A stretch of 64,000 nucleotides of DNA from an uncultured Candidatus Saccharibacteria bacterium (GCA_964607655.1 CAZSKX010000001.1:83434-147433); one strand, 5' to 3'; shown: positions 51,976 through 61,519, counted from the first letter of the stretch. Made by a program: numbers and translations. The notes: generated by a model from the letters alone, not told the origin.

Positions 51976-52371
51976 ATGGCAACTACTTTTATTACCGCAG
52001 TCGGGCGCCGCAAGACTTCAACCGCGAGTGTGCGCATGCAGAAGGCTGCCAAGAACAGTGTCACGGTTAAGGGCAAGAGCGTGCTCGATTTCTTTAAGAC
52101 GGCTGAGCGTGCCAAGGTCGCCGAGGAGGCGCTCAAGATCGCTGAAGCAGCTGAGAACTACGAGATCAAGGCACACGTCGAGGGAGGCGGTGTCGCTTCA
52201 CAGGCAGGCGCGCTTCGCCACGCGATCGCTCGCGCCCTCGTGAAGGCAGAGCCAGCGACGCGCGCTAAGCTCAAGGAAGCAGGATTCCTCACGCGCGACC
52301 CACGCGCTAAGGAGCGCAAGAAGCCGGGTCTTGTCAAAGCCCGCAAGCGTAAGCAATGGTCTAAGCGCTAA
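51976..52371 (+). CDS. rpsI: 30S ribosomal protein S9.
   Basis: GRRKTSTASVRM...GGGVASQAGALRHAIARAL...KPGLVKARKRKQWSKR. Confidence 0.9.
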   Translation: MATTFITAVGRRKTSTASVRMQKAAKNSVTVKGKSVLDFFKTAERAKVAEEALKIAEAAENYEIKAHVEGGGVASQAGALRHAIARALVKAEPATRAKLKEAGFLTRDPRAKERKKPGLVKARKRKQWSKR

Positions 52372-52378
52372 GCGCAGC

Positions 52379-52406
52379 AAAACCCGCCTCAGGCGGGTTT
52401 TGTGTT
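52379..52406 (+). terminator. Rho-independent terminator after rpsI.
   Basis: AAACCCGCC-TCAG-GCGGGTTTTGTGTTT. Confidence 0.8.
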
Positions 52407-52717
52407 TATGGGTAAAACGAAACCCGCGACATGCGCGGGTAGTGAAGGTGCAAGAAAGTAAACGAGGCGGGGTCGGACGGAGAGAGAAAGGAGATGAAAC
52501 TCCCTCCGTCCGACCCCTTGAGGGCGCGAGCGGGTATCGCGCGTCCGAGGTGGGGGGGGATGGCTCGGACACGACACGCCCCCATGGCCGCAAAGGATGG
52601 AGGGCCTCCTTCTGCGTCCAGCTCTACTATAGCACCATTTCGAAATGATATTCAAGCCAGTCAACTGTACAGGTGCGGAATGTGCTAAGCTCGAAGCAGA
52701 TCAAGGAGGTTGATACG

Positions 52718-53011
52718 ATGGGATACAAAGGTCGCCAGTCCGTAGCAGAGAAGCGGCGGCACGACGCTGCGAAGGAACTCGCGAAGAAGCGCGCAGCGGT
52801 GCTCGGACACTTTATCGGAAGCTGGTGGGAAGTCTCTGGAGGATGGCGCGGGGGATGCGTGAATCCCGACTGCCAGGCGCATGTGATTCTGAGCACCAGG
52901 TCGATAAATTTCGGAGAAGTCTCAAGTCCGACATCGCTGAAGCGGAGCTGTCCGTATATCGTGCGGGAAGTACGGATCAAGGGTCGCAAGATGCTCAAGC
53001 AAGCGTCCTAA
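52718..53011 (+). CDS. Small Cys-containing hypothetical protein (97 aa).
   Basis: Strong RBS AAGGAGGT 7 nt upstream of the ATG. CVNPDC...C motif. Confidence 0.45.
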   Translation: MGYKGRQSVAEKRRHDAAKELAKKRAAVLGHFIGSWWEVSGGWRGGCVNPDCQAHVILSTRSINFGEVSSPTSLKRSCPYIVREVRIKGRKMLKQAS

Positions 53012-53055
53012 GACGCAACAAGGCCGGGAGGTTCTACCTCCCGGCCGGTTTCGTT

Positions 53056-53382
53056 TCAGCTCGCGCGGCGGACGCCACGCATCGCCCGCGTGCGTCGCGC
53101 TCTCTTCCGCACTTCCTGCTTCCACAGGTCGTACTGGACGATCTTGCCGCCGATGGTCTCCTGGAAGACCTCGAGCTTGAGGTTGAGACGGGCGACGTTC
53201 GCGACCGCACGCCGCACTTCCTGGTAGCCGCTCGGGCAGCGGTAGAGATTGCGTCGTACGCCGTCAGAGCAGAGCATGTCGTGACATTCTGCCTCCGGGT
53301 GCTGCTCGCCGATGACCTGGGCGAGGAACTCGTTGGTGTGGGTGTTGTCGTTGATCGAATGCAAGTACCACCGCGTATCCAT
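53056..53382 (-). CDS. Small Cys-containing hypothetical protein (108 aa) with a basic C-terminal tail.
   Basis: RBS GGAGGAGG 6 nt upstream of the ATG on the minus strand. Convergent with the previous gene, with a shared hairpin at 53022-53046. Confidence 0.5.
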   Translation of the reverse strand: MDTRWYLHSINDNTHTNEFLAQVIGEQHPEAECHDMLCSDGVRRNLYRCPSGYQEVRRAVANVARLNLKLEVFQETIGGKIVQYDLWKQEVRKRARRTRAMRGVRRAS

Positions 53383-53448
53383 CCTGTACCTCCTCCGTAA
53401 GGGACTCCTGTTCTCACCCTACACCCACGCGAGAACAAGGAAAGGGGG

Positions 53449-53476
53449 TTGACAAATAGGCCTATTCGTGTATACT
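53449..53476 (+). promoter_or_regulatory. Sigma70-type promoter TTGACA - 16 nt - TATACT.
   Basis: Consensus -35 at 53449-53454 and -10 at 53471-53476, upstream of gene 53561-53905. Confidence 0.5.
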
Positions 53477-53560
53477 GGTACACAGTAAGTTCAGGGCCAG
53501 GCGTTTGTGGAGCCGGGTACCTATTTGACAACTACCACAGAACAGAAGGGAACCAAGAAG

Positions 53561-53905
53561 ATGAAAGAAATCTCTGCGGCTGTTGGCATCCTCGTGGGAG
53601 TGTTCGCCCTCGTCTGGGCGATCCAAGGCAACGATTTCTTCATGTACAAGGTGTTCGCACCGAAGTACGAAGAGGCGCGTCGCGAGGTCTTCGAGAACAC
53701 GAAGTCCTACAACGACGGCATGAAGCAGGAGCTCGAGAACATGCGTTTCGACTACGAGCAGGCCTCGCCCGAAAGCAAGGCGGCGCTCGCGTCGATCATC
53801 CTGCACCGCGTCGCCGGCTACGGAGAGGACAAGCTCTCGCTGGAGATGCAGAACTTCGTCAACAAGCTTCGCGCTCAGCAGAGCAGCAACAACTTCGCGC
53901 ACTGA
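53561..53905 (+). CDS. Small membrane-anchored hypothetical protein.
   Basis: RBS-like GAAGGGAACCAAGAAG upstream. N-terminal TM helix ISAAVGILVGVFALVWAI. Confidence 0.45.
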   Translation: MKEISAAVGILVGVFALVWAIQGNDFFMYKVFAPKYEEARREVFENTKSYNDGMKQELENMRFDYEQASPESKAALASIILHRVAGYGEDKLSLEMQNFVNKLRAQQSSNNFAH

Positions 53906-53930
53906 GCGCGAGAACAAGGAGACTGAAGAA

Positions 53931-54458
53931 ATGAACCTGAAGAAGTGTCTCGTCGTACTGGGCGTCCTCGTGGCGCTCGGCGGATGCGGTCCTCTGCCGG
54001 AATCGTCGGATCAGAAGCAGCGTCGCGAGCAGGAAACGATCCTGCAGGAAGCGACCGCGCAGACGGGGATGCCGGCCATCAAGAACTTCCGCGAGCGGAA
54101 GATCCTGAAGGACATCATCGAGCTGCGCGACCAGGAAGGCCTGGTGACCTTCACCTACCTCTACAACGAGATGACGGGCAAGCTCGTCTTCCTCGGTGAG
54201 AGCGTGGGATACGGGATCCCGTACGCGACGCAGTACACGAATCCCGAGAAGGTGATCTACCACGATCTCGCGATTCCGCAGGCGGATCCGAACGGGCTCT
54301 TCTCACCGGCGTCCGCAGATGGGACCTGGGTCCTCCTGAAAAACCCGAATGGCAACGACGTGAGGCCGGTGTTCATCGAGCCTCGCATCATCGTTTCGCC
54401 GTTCAAGCTGAACGCCGAAGGTAGCCCGGTCACCTCGACCGGTAAGCCGACGTCGTAA
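53931..54458 (+). CDS. Lipoprotein, unknown function.
   Basis: Lipobox LVALGG|C after a signal peptide. RBS AAGGAGA upstream. Terminator 54475-54527 downstream. Confidence 0.55.
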   Translation: MNLKKCLVVLGVLVALGGCGPLPESSDQKQRREQETILQEATAQTGMPAIKNFRERKILKDIIELRDQEGLVTFTYLYNEMTGKLVFLGESVGYGIPYATQYTNPEKVIYHDLAIPQADPNGLFSPASADGTWVLLKNPNGNDVRPVFIEPRIIVSPFKLNAEGSPVTSTGKPTS

Positions 54459-54474
54459 GGCGCCATAACAACGT

Positions 54475-54527
54475 CCCCGTGTGGAGCTAGCAATCCAGCT
54501 AGTAGCCACACGGGGCGTTTTCTTTTT
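54475..54527 (+). terminator. Rho-independent terminator.
   Basis: CCCCGTGTGG ... CCACACGGGG followed by CGTTTTCTTTTT. Confidence 0.75.
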
Positions 54528-54560
54528 GACTACGCAAACCATTTCAGGCATAGTGGGAGC

Positions 54561-55109
54561 ATGAAGCCCTGGCACGGAGACGATATTGCAGACGAAGATA
54601 TTATGCTCGAAGCAGAGAACAATGAGCCCCCGAAGGGTGGTGATGCTGAGAAGAAGGTGGCGAAGCTTAAGGCCGACCTCGCCGCAGCGCTTGAAGAGAA
54701 GCAGGCGAACCTAGACGGCTGGCAGCGAGCTAAGGCCGACTATGTGAACCTCTTGAAGCGCGGAGAAGACGCTGCCAAGGCAGCAGAGCTAAAGGGTAAG
54801 CTGAAAGCGGTTGAGACGCTTCTCCCGGCCTTCGATGCGCTCGAGCGGGCGAAGGAGCACGGCGAGGTGCCCGAAGGTTTTGTTGGGATCGCCAAGCAGC
54901 TCGAGAGCGCGTTCGCCTCACTTGGTCTCGAGGCAGTGGGGGAGGTGGGTGAAGAATTTAATCCAGCCCTGCACGAAGCGTTTGGTCAGGACAAGACTGA
55001 GAAACCCGAAGAGGATGGTAAGATTACGGCCGTACTTGAAAAGGGCTGGAAGATCGGTGATCAGGTGATTAGGGCTGCGAAGGTGCGCGTGGGACAGCAC
55101 GGTAGCTAA
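54561..55109 (+). CDS. grpE: Nucleotide exchange factor GrpE.
   Basis: GrpE coiled-coil plus C-terminal beta-domain (FNPALHEAFGQ...GWKIGDQVIRAAKVRV). Confidence 0.85.
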   Translation: MKPWHGDDIADEDIMLEAENNEPPKGGDAEKKVAKLKADLAAALEEKQANLDGWQRAKADYVNLLKRGEDAAKAAELKGKLKAVETLLPAFDALERAKEHGEVPEGFVGIAKQLESAFASLGLEAVGEVGEEFNPALHEAFGQDKTEKPEEDGKITAVLEKGWKIGDQVIRAAKVRVGQHGS

Positions 55110-55219
55110 TTTCCATACATTGACAAACTGTTCTCAGTATGCTATGCTGAACATAGCGTATTAACGGTCTTTCTAGACCACAGCACACCCTGTGATTCAG
55201 GGTACAAAGGAGACCTGCC

Positions 55220-55828
55220 TTGGCAACGAAACTCGAAATGATCTCTTCCCGCAAGGGATTCTGGCATTCGCTCTTCTGGTCGCTCGTCTGGCTCGCGGTG
55301 CTCGGCGCCATTGCGTTCACTCTGTACGGGTGGGCGCAGGCCCAGCTGTGTCCGGACGATGGCTGGCGGAGCTGGCGTGGGTACTGCTCCTACGACGGCG
55401 AGGACGCCTACTGGTTGTACATGTTCCTGACCTGCGTGATGTCCGGCGTCATGGGCCTCATCGTGGTCGGTACCATCTGGGGCCTCGTCTACGGCTTCGG
55501 CGACACGCTTGCCTTCGAGATGGGCGAGAACGGTGTCTGGCACAAGGCCACGAAGAAGGGATACAGCTTCCCGGCCGGCGCCTACGCCATCGAGACTCTG
55601 TTCAACCGCGTTCTTCGGGTCGAGGTCGATCAGTCGACGATCAATCGTCTCTTCGATGTGGGCACGGTCCGTGTCCACGTGGTGACGTTCGTCAACGCCG
55701 AGATCGAGGAGCATGCCTTCTGCCTTTCGTCGGTGCTCCATCCCAACGAGCTGGCAGCAGCGATCATGTGGCACGCTGGCAAGCACGAAGGGATGGATCT
55801 CCGCATCGAAGACAAGCCCAGGGCCTAG
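55220..55828 (+). CDS. Membrane protein with a bacterial PH (bPH_2/DUF304-like) domain, inserted between grpE and dnaK.
   Basis: Three or four TM helices, then ETLFNRVLRVEVDQSTINRLFDVGTVRVHVV resembling bPH_2. Own terminator at 55851-55890. Confidence 0.5.
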   Translation: MATKLEMISSRKGFWHSLFWSLVWLAVLGAIAFTLYGWAQAQLCPDDGWRSWRGYCSYDGEDAYWLYMFLTCVMSGVMGLIVVGTIWGLVYGFGDTLAFEMGENGVWHKATKKGYSFPAGAYAIETLFNRVLRVEVDQSTINRLFDVGTVRVHVVTFVNAEIEEHAFCLSSVLHPNELAAAIMWHAGKHEGMDLRIEDKPRA

Positions 55829-55850
55829 GAAGCCTTGAACGGCCCCAACC

Positions 55851-55890
55851 GGGCCCGCGTACCTCACAGGTACGCGGGCCCGTTCTCTTT
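55851..55890 (+). terminator. Rho-independent terminator.
   Basis: GGGCCCGCGTACC-TCACA-GGTACGCGGGCCC followed by GTTCTCTTTT. Confidence 0.75.
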
Positions 55891-55893
55891 TAC

Positions 55894-55922
55894 TTGCACC
55901 ATACTTTTTCTTTCAGTAGAAT
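55894..55922 (+). promoter_or_regulatory. Sigma70-type promoter TTGCAC - 17 nt - TAGAAT upstream of dnaK. No CIRCE inverted repeat present.
   Basis: Good -35/-10 with 17-nt spacer, 28 nt before the dnaK ATG. Confidence 0.55.
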
Positions 55923-55949
55923 GAACACTCTAAATCACATTTACACACT

Positions 55950-57851
55950 ATGGCAAAAATTCTTGGAATTGACTTGGGTACGACCAACTCCGCGATGGCG
56001 ATCGTTGAGGGTGGTGAGCCGCGTGTTCTCGAGAATGCAGAGGGCGCCCGCACCACTCCCTCGATCGTCGCGGTAGGGAAGAGTGGCGAGCGCATCGTCG
56101 GCACGCTCGCGAAGCGTCAGTCGGTGACGAATCCGCTGAACACGATCTTCCAGATCAAGCGCTTTATCGGCCACAACTTCGACGAGGCCGATGTCCAGAA
56201 GGATAAGACCGTGGTGCCCTTCGAGATGCAGAAGGCGGCCAACGGCGGCATCGAGGTCAAGATGAACGATAAGTGGTATCGCCCTGAGGAGATCTCGGCG
56301 ATGATCCTCGGTAAGCTCAAGGCCGATGCCGAAGCTAAGACGGGCGAGAAGATCACCGAAGCGGTGATCACCGTGCCCGCATACTTCAACGACGATCAGC
56401 GCAGTGCCACCAAGGCAGCAGGCGAGATCGCCGGACTTACAGTCAAGCGCATCATCAACGAGCCGACCGCTGCTGCGCTCGCGTACGGATTCAATAAAAA
56501 GAAGGATGAGAAGATCGCCGTCTTCGACTTCGGCGGGGGCACCTTCGATATCTCGATCCTCGATGTTGGCGATGACACTATTGAAGTGAAGAGTACCGAC
56601 GGCGATGCACACCTCGGTGGTAAGGACATCGATCAGAAGATCATCAATTGGCTTGCCGATGAATTTAAGAAGACCACGGGTGTCGACGTGCGTAATGACG
56701 CGCTCGCGCGCCAGCGTCTCGACGAGGCGGCTGAGAAGGCGAAGATCGAGCTCTCGAGTGCTGTGGAGACCGAGGTGAACATCCCATTCCTCACCTCGAC
56801 CGACGCAGGACCACAGCACCTTTTGGTAAAGATGAGTCGGGCCAAGCTTGAAGAGCTCACGGGTGAATACATCGAGCGCGCAATGGCGATCACTAAGCGC
56901 GCGATGGAGGCTTCGCCCTTTAAGGTTGCGGACATCAACGAGGTGATCCTTGTGGGCGGCCAGACTCGTATGCCAGCGATCCAAGCAGCGGTAGAGAAGT
57001 TCTTCGGTAAGAAGCCGAACCTTTCGGTAAACCCTGACGAAGTGGTCGCGATGGGCGCAGCGATCCAGGCAGGTATTCTCCAGGGCGACGTGAAGGACAT
57101 TCTCCTCGTCGACGTGATCCCGCTCTCGCTCTCGATCGAGACGATGGGTGGCGTCGCGACGAAGCTCATCGAGCGAAACACTGCGATCCCAACCAGCCGC
57201 TCACAGATCTTCTCGACAGCTGCAGACAACCAGCCGTCCGTAGAGATCCACGTGACCCAAGGCGAGCGCGCGATGAGTGCCGATAATAAGTCGCTCGGTA
57301 AATTTATGCTCGACGGGATTCCACCCGCACCACGTGGCCTGCCACAAGTGGAGGTGACCTTCGACGTGGACGCTTCAGGCATTCTCACTGTGAAGGCGAA
57401 GGAGAAGACAACCAATAAAGAGCAGTCGATTCGCATCGAGGGCTCGACGGGTCTCTCAAAGGACGACATCGAGAAGATGAAGGCCGATGCCGCGACACAC
57501 GAGGTTGAGGACAAGAAGCGTCAAGAGCTCGTCGAGGCACGCAACATCGCCGACCAAGCAGTCTACGCAGCCGAGAAGGCGGTTAAAGAGAACGGTGATA
57601 AGGTCACGCCTGAGGTAGTGAAGGAAGTACAGGACAAGATCGAAGCGGTGAAGACTGCTCAGAAGGGTGAGGACGCCGCGACGATCAAGACGGCGACCGA
57701 GAACCTATCGCAGAGCCTAATGAAGATCGGCGAGGCGATGATGAAAGCGCAGGAGAATCAGACACCACCAGCCGCAGACGGCGGTACACCACCTCCGCCA
57801 GAAGGTGCTGGTCCAACGGACGCAGAGTTTACCGAGAAGCCAAAAGAGTAA
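55950..57851 (+). CDS. dnaK: Molecular chaperone DnaK (Hsp70).
   Basis: [29 protein letters not shown] motifs. Full-length 633 aa. Confidence 0.95.
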   Translation: MAKILGIDLGTTNSAMAIVEGGEPRVLENAEGARTTPSIVAVGKSGERIVGTLAKRQSVTNPLNTIFQIKRFIGHNFDEADVQKDKTVVPFEMQKAANGGIEVKMNDKWYRPEEISAMILGKLKADAEAKTGEKITEAVITVPAYFNDDQRSATKAAGEIAGLTVKRIINEPTAAALAYGFNKKKDEKIAVFDFGGGTFDISILDVGDDTIEVKSTDGDAHLGGKDIDQKIINWLADEFKKTTGVDVRNDALARQRLDEAAEKAKIELSSAVETEVNIPFLTSTDAGPQHLLVKMSRAKLEELTGEYIERAMAITKRAMEASPFKVADINEVILVGGQTRMPAIQAAVEKFFGKKPNLSVNPDEVVAMGAAIQAGILQGDVKDILLVDVIPLSLSIETMGGVATKLIERNTAIPTSRSQIFSTAADNQPSVEIHVTQGERAMSADNKSLGKFMLDGIPPAPRGLPQVEVTFDVDASGILTVKAKEKTTNKEQSIRIEGSTGLSKDDIEKMKADAATHEVEDKKRQELVEARNIADQAVYAAEKAVKENGDKVTPEVVKEVQDKIEAVKTAQKGEDAATIKTATENLSQSLMKIGEAMMKAQENQTPPAADGGTPPPPEGAGPTDAEFTEKPKE

Positions 57852-57972
57852 ATTTAGAACATGTGTCCGCAAGACCCGCCGCGAGGCGGGTCTTGACTTA
57901 TATAATAAAGTTGTGTACTCTGATTGCAGAGCGGCCTAGGAATGCTAGCGTTGCAAAAGGAGGTGGAAGTCA

Positions 57973-58470
57973 ATGACGAATCGGACGAAGCAGAAACTGA
58001 TGATCGCTGGAGCAGGAATCCTGGCCTACGTAATCGTGTGGGGTTCGGTGATGGCCGGCAGGGCGTGGGGAGCAGAAACGGCGGATTCAGTGGCGGCGTC
58101 TTACGCGGAGCAACTCCGAGTGATGTACGTTGCTTTGACGCCCGAGAAGCGCTCGGTCGTCGAAGAGAGCGCGAGGCTCTACTACGCCAACATCAAGTCC
58201 GTGCGGCCGAGTGGGGCTCAGGTCTACGAAGACGATCCCGAAGCTGTCGAGGTGGTGAAGATCACCTTCACGTGCAAGGTGGGCGTCCTCAACAAAGTAC
58301 AGAAGGGGGATCTCCGCACAGCAATCGGCGTCGCCAATGCGCAGTGTGACTGTGTCAACAGTTCTCTGTCCAAACGTAAGGACCTGAACGGGATCGCTCT
58401 CGTATGCGGTTGGAGAAACCAGGCGCAGCCGGAGGAGTGGAAGCCGCGGCCTTGGATCAGGCTTCAATAG
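57973..58470 (+). CDS. Hypothetical secreted/membrane-anchored Cys-containing protein, inserted between dnaK and dnaJ.
   Basis: RBS AAAGGAGGTGG 5-7 nt upstream. N-terminal TM/signal segment. Four cysteines. Confidence 0.5.
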   Translation: MTNRTKQKLMIAGAGILAYVIVWGSVMAGRAWGAETADSVAASYAEQLRVMYVALTPEKRSVVEESARLYYANIKSVRPSGAQVYEDDPEAVEVVKITFTCKVGVLNKVQKGDLRTAIGVANAQCDCVNSSLSKRKDLNGIALVCGWRNQAQPEEWKPRPWIRLQ

Positions 58471-58512
58471 CGGACATCCTAAAACCAATCCGAAAACAAG
58501 GAGGCGAAAGCC

Positions 58513-58737
58513 ATGATGAGCAAAAGGTCGAAGAAGAGGTTCTACTCGGGGGTGCTCTGTGTCGTCATGGGGATCCTCGTGATCCCGATGATCTTCGTCC
58601 TCGTCGGAGGCGACGGTGGTCCTTCCCCGGATGAGGTGCAGAAGTGCCTGGACTCGTATCTCGGCGACGGCGCGGATACGTGGTCCGCAGACTGGGCGTC
58701 GGCTCATCGCTGGTTCCTCAAATTCTGCTCCGAGTAG
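58513..58737 (+). CDS. Small membrane protein (74 aa).
   Basis: RBS AAGGAGG upstream. One TM helix. Terminator at 58763-58799. Confidence 0.45.
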   Translation: MMSKRSKKRFYSGVLCVVMGILVIPMIFVLVGGDGGPSPDEVQKCLDSYLGDGADTWSADWASAHRWFLKFCSE

Positions 58738-58762
58738 CAGACAGACGGCGACGCGAGCAGCA

Positions 58763-58799
58763 GCGGCGCGGGAGAGGAAACTCCCCGCGCCGCTTTTCA
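58763..58799 (+). terminator. Rho-independent terminator.
   Basis: GCGGCGCGGGAG-AGGAAA-CTCCCCGCGCCGC followed by TTTTCAT. Confidence 0.75.
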
Positions 58800-58843
58800 T
58801 ACATTTTGCATACAAAAACCACAAAGCGTATACTTGAGAAAAC

Positions 58844-59932
58844 ATGGCGAAGGATTACTACAACGTACTGGGCGTCGACAAGAAAGCCTCTCCTGATGAT
58901 ATTAAAAAGGCGTTTCGTAAGCTCGCGCACAAGTACCACCCTGACAAAGGCGGTACGGACGAGGCTAAGTTTAAGGAGATCACTGAGGCGTACTCAGTCT
59001 TAAGCGACGACAAGAAGCGTCGTGAGTACGATGCGTATGGACAGTCTTTCCCGGGTGGTGGCGCGCCAGGTGGGGCGGGCGGTAATCCGTTTGGCGGCTT
59101 CGACTTCTCACAGTTCCAGCAAGGGTTCGGTAATGGCGGTGTAGAGTTCGACTTCGGCGATATTTTCGGCGACATCTTTGGTGGTCGTAGCGCCCAGCGC
59201 GGTACGCCGCGCGGTCGCGATATCTCGATCGACATCGAGCTTACGTTTAAAGACGCAGCGTTTGGCGTCGAGCGCGACGTGCTCATTGGTAAAGTTTCTA
59301 CCTGCGACATCTGTAGCGGGCACGGCGCGAAGCCGGGCACCGAGCTCGAGAGCTGTAAGACCTGTAACGGGAGCGGGAAGGTCCACGAGGTGCGTAATTC
59401 GATCCTCGGTCAATTCGCCTCGGTCCGTACCTGTGCCACCTGCGACGGTTTAGGGAAAGTGCCTAAGGAGAAATGCACGAACTGTAAGGGTCACGGCACC
59501 TTGCGTAAACAGGAAGAGATTCATATCAAGATCCCAGCCGGTATCGACAACGGCGAGATGATCCGGATGCCGCGCCAAGGCGAGGCGGTGAAAGGGGGAG
59601 TCGCGGGCGATCTCTACGTGAAGGTGCACGTGAAGCCGCACAAGCTCTATCGGCGTGAAGGTCAGAATCTCGTTATGGACCTCCCAGTCAAGCTCACCGA
59701 CGCGCTCCTCGGCAGCACAGTAAACATCGAGACGATAGACGGGAAGACGCTCGAAGTGAAGATTCCGGCGATGAAGCGCGCTGAAGAACTCCTCCGCGTG
59801 CGGGGGCAAGGGATCCCGGGTGCCGGCTCTCAGCGCGGCGATCTGATCATCCGCCTCGAAACTGCCTTGCCACAAAAACTCTCAAACAAAGCACGCAAGG
59901 CACTCGAAGATCTAAAGGGGGAGGGACTCTAG
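58844..59932 (+). CDS. dnaJ: Molecular chaperone DnaJ (J domain, G/F region, four CxxCxGxG zinc-finger repeats, C-terminal domain).
   Basis: HPD motif (KYHPDKG); [32 protein letters not shown]. Confidence 0.9.
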   Translation: MAKDYYNVLGVDKKASPDDIKKAFRKLAHKYHPDKGGTDEAKFKEITEAYSVLSDDKKRREYDAYGQSFPGGGAPGGAGGNPFGGFDFSQFQQGFGNGGVEFDFGDIFGDIFGGRSAQRGTPRGRDISIDIELTFKDAAFGVERDVLIGKVSTCDICSGHGAKPGTELESCKTCNGSGKVHEVRNSILGQFASVRTCATCDGLGKVPKEKCTNCKGHGTLRKQEEIHIKIPAGIDNGEMIRMPRQGEAVKGGVAGDLYVKVHVKPHKLYRREGQNLVMDLPVKLTDALLGSTVNIETIDGKTLEVKIPAMKRAEELLRVRGQGIPGAGSQRGDLIIRLETALPQKLSNKARKALEDLKGEGL

Positions 59933-59933
59933 A

Positions 59934-60257
59934 ATGAAAACTCTTAAGTTCTCGGCCGATCTGGTATCTCTGATTCGATCGGGTACGAAGACTTCGACCT
60001 GGCGGTTGTTTGACGATAAGGATCTGCAGGTTGGTGATGAGGTGGCGTTTTATAATAAAGAGACCGGCGAGCAGTTCGGCACGGCTTGTATAACCGTCCT
60101 CACTATCCGTACGCTCGGCACCCTTACCGAGGCTGACTGGGAGGGTCATGAACGGTACGCGTCTGAAGAAGAAATGTATGAGAATTTTAGAAAGTATTAT
60201 GGACCACAGGTAAATCCCGATACGGAGGTAAAAATACTAACGTTTGATTTTAAGTAA
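59934..60257 (+). CDS. ASCH (PUA-like) domain protein.
   Basis: MKTLKFSADLVSLIRSGTKTSTWRLFD...GDEVAFY pattern typical of ASCH. Confidence 0.6.
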   Translation: MKTLKFSADLVSLIRSGTKTSTWRLFDDKDLQVGDEVAFYNKETGEQFGTACITVLTIRTLGTLTEADWEGHERYASEEEMYENFRKYYGPQVNPDTEVKILTFDFK

Positions 60258-60258
60258 C

Positions 60259-60888
60259 ATGGAACTCTTCTTAACCTCGAGCGTGCATGCAGTGGCGCAC
60301 GATATCGCTAAAAAGGTAGATCTATCGAAAGGGAACAAGCTCGTGTTCATCACGACACCGGCCGAAGATCCGAAGTTTGCAGGAGAGGATACGCAGTGGC
60401 AGACGAACGATCGTCAGGCACTTTCTGATGCTGGGTGGGAGGTGACCGACTATACGATCACCGGTAAGACCGGCGAGCAGCTAGAGCAAGACCTTTCTGG
60501 CTATGACTTTATCTATGTGTCAGGCGGTCAGCCACCCTACATGCTCGAGCAGTCGCAGAAGAGCGGATTCATCCCCGTGATTAAAAAACTTGTGCGAGGA
60601 GGTAAGCCCTACATCGGTACGAGCACAGGATCTATTATCTGTGGCCCTAAGCTTCCAGAATGGTTTGACGATGACGCTATACAGTTTTCAGACCGCAGCT
60701 GCTATGGATTCGTTAATTTTATCATCGGCCCACACTGGGGCGAGAAATATTTTAAAGATGAGTATTTTGGCACGCGCATGAAGGAAATGTATCAAGAGAA
60801 TCAGGTCCCTTTAATTCTGCTCACGGATTCCCAATATGTGCATGTGCAGGACGATCAATTCAACATAGTCGATGTCAACAAAGTTTAA
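60259..60888 (+). CDS. Peptidase S51 (peptidase E / cyanophycinase-like, class I glutamine amidotransferase-like fold).
   Basis: Nucleophile-elbow region YIGTSTGSIICGP, preceded by FIYVSGGQP. Length about 210 aa. Confidence 0.6.
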   Translation: MELFLTSSVHAVAHDIAKKVDLSKGNKLVFITTPAEDPKFAGEDTQWQTNDRQALSDAGWEVTDYTITGKTGEQLEQDLSGYDFIYVSGGQPPYMLEQSQKSGFIPVIKKLVRGGKPYIGTSTGSIICGPKLPEWFDDDAIQFSDRSCYGFVNFIIGPHWGEKYFKDEYFGTRMKEMYQENQVPLILLTDSQYVHVQDDQFNIVDVNKV

Positions 60889-61489
60889 AGCCATCGGATT
60901 TGACTATGGGGGAGTTCTGGAGACTTTCGAGAATCCATTTCCTTTTGAAAAAATCGCGGACCTCGCCGGGGCGACCCTTGAGGACTATCGTCGCGAATAC
61001 TTGAAGCGTAATCATCTCTCGAATGTGCATAATCTCGATTGGTATGAGGTGGTTCGGCAGACCCTCGAGGCGCTCGGGACCCCGCCAGAGCAGCAAGTAG
61101 AGGCGATCGCTTTGCTTAGAAACCATGCGAGCGGAGCAGCACTAAACACCGAGCTCCTCAACGTCATCCCACGCTTGCGACAGCAAGGACTGAAGGTGGG
61201 TCTATTGAGTAATGCATGGGCCACGAGGCGCGAGATTGTCGAAGAGAATGGCGTCGCAGCACTCTTCGACGCAGTTTTAATCTCTGGCGAGATCGGCGCG
61301 CAGAAGCCCGATCGAGAGGCCTTTGATCCGCTCTTTAAGGCACTCGAGGTCAAGCCGAGCGAGCTTGTGTTTGTCGATGATTCTCCCTTTAGTCTCGCGA
61401 AGGCCGCCGAGATCGGCTACACGCCCATCTTGTACCAAAACAACGAACAACTTTTTGCTGACTTGCGTAAGCTAGGGATATCTACGTAA
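60872..61489 (+). CDS. HAD-superfamily hydrolase (subfamily IA-like).
   Basis: Motif I FDYGGVL, motif II LLSNA(S/T), motif III/IV K...VFVDDS. Confidence 0.7.
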   Translation: MSTKFKAIGFDYGGVLETFENPFPFEKIADLAGATLEDYRREYLKRNHLSNVHNLDWYEVVRQTLEALGTPPEQQVEAIALLRNHASGAALNTELLNVIPRLRQQGLKVGLLSNAWATRREIVEENGVAALFDAVLISGEIGAQKPDREAFDPLFKALEVKPSELVFVDDSPFSLAKAAEIGYTPILYQNNEQLFADLRKLGIST

Positions 61490-61519
61490 TCGTTAACAGC
61501 GAAGCGGTATACTAGACGC

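Noticed and set aside
52494-52688. 64-aa ORF in the structured region after rpsI.
   Set aside because: The ATG is directly fused to a GGAG with zero spacing and lies inside a long hairpin. The amino-acid composition is junk-like. It is more likely non-coding RNA structure.
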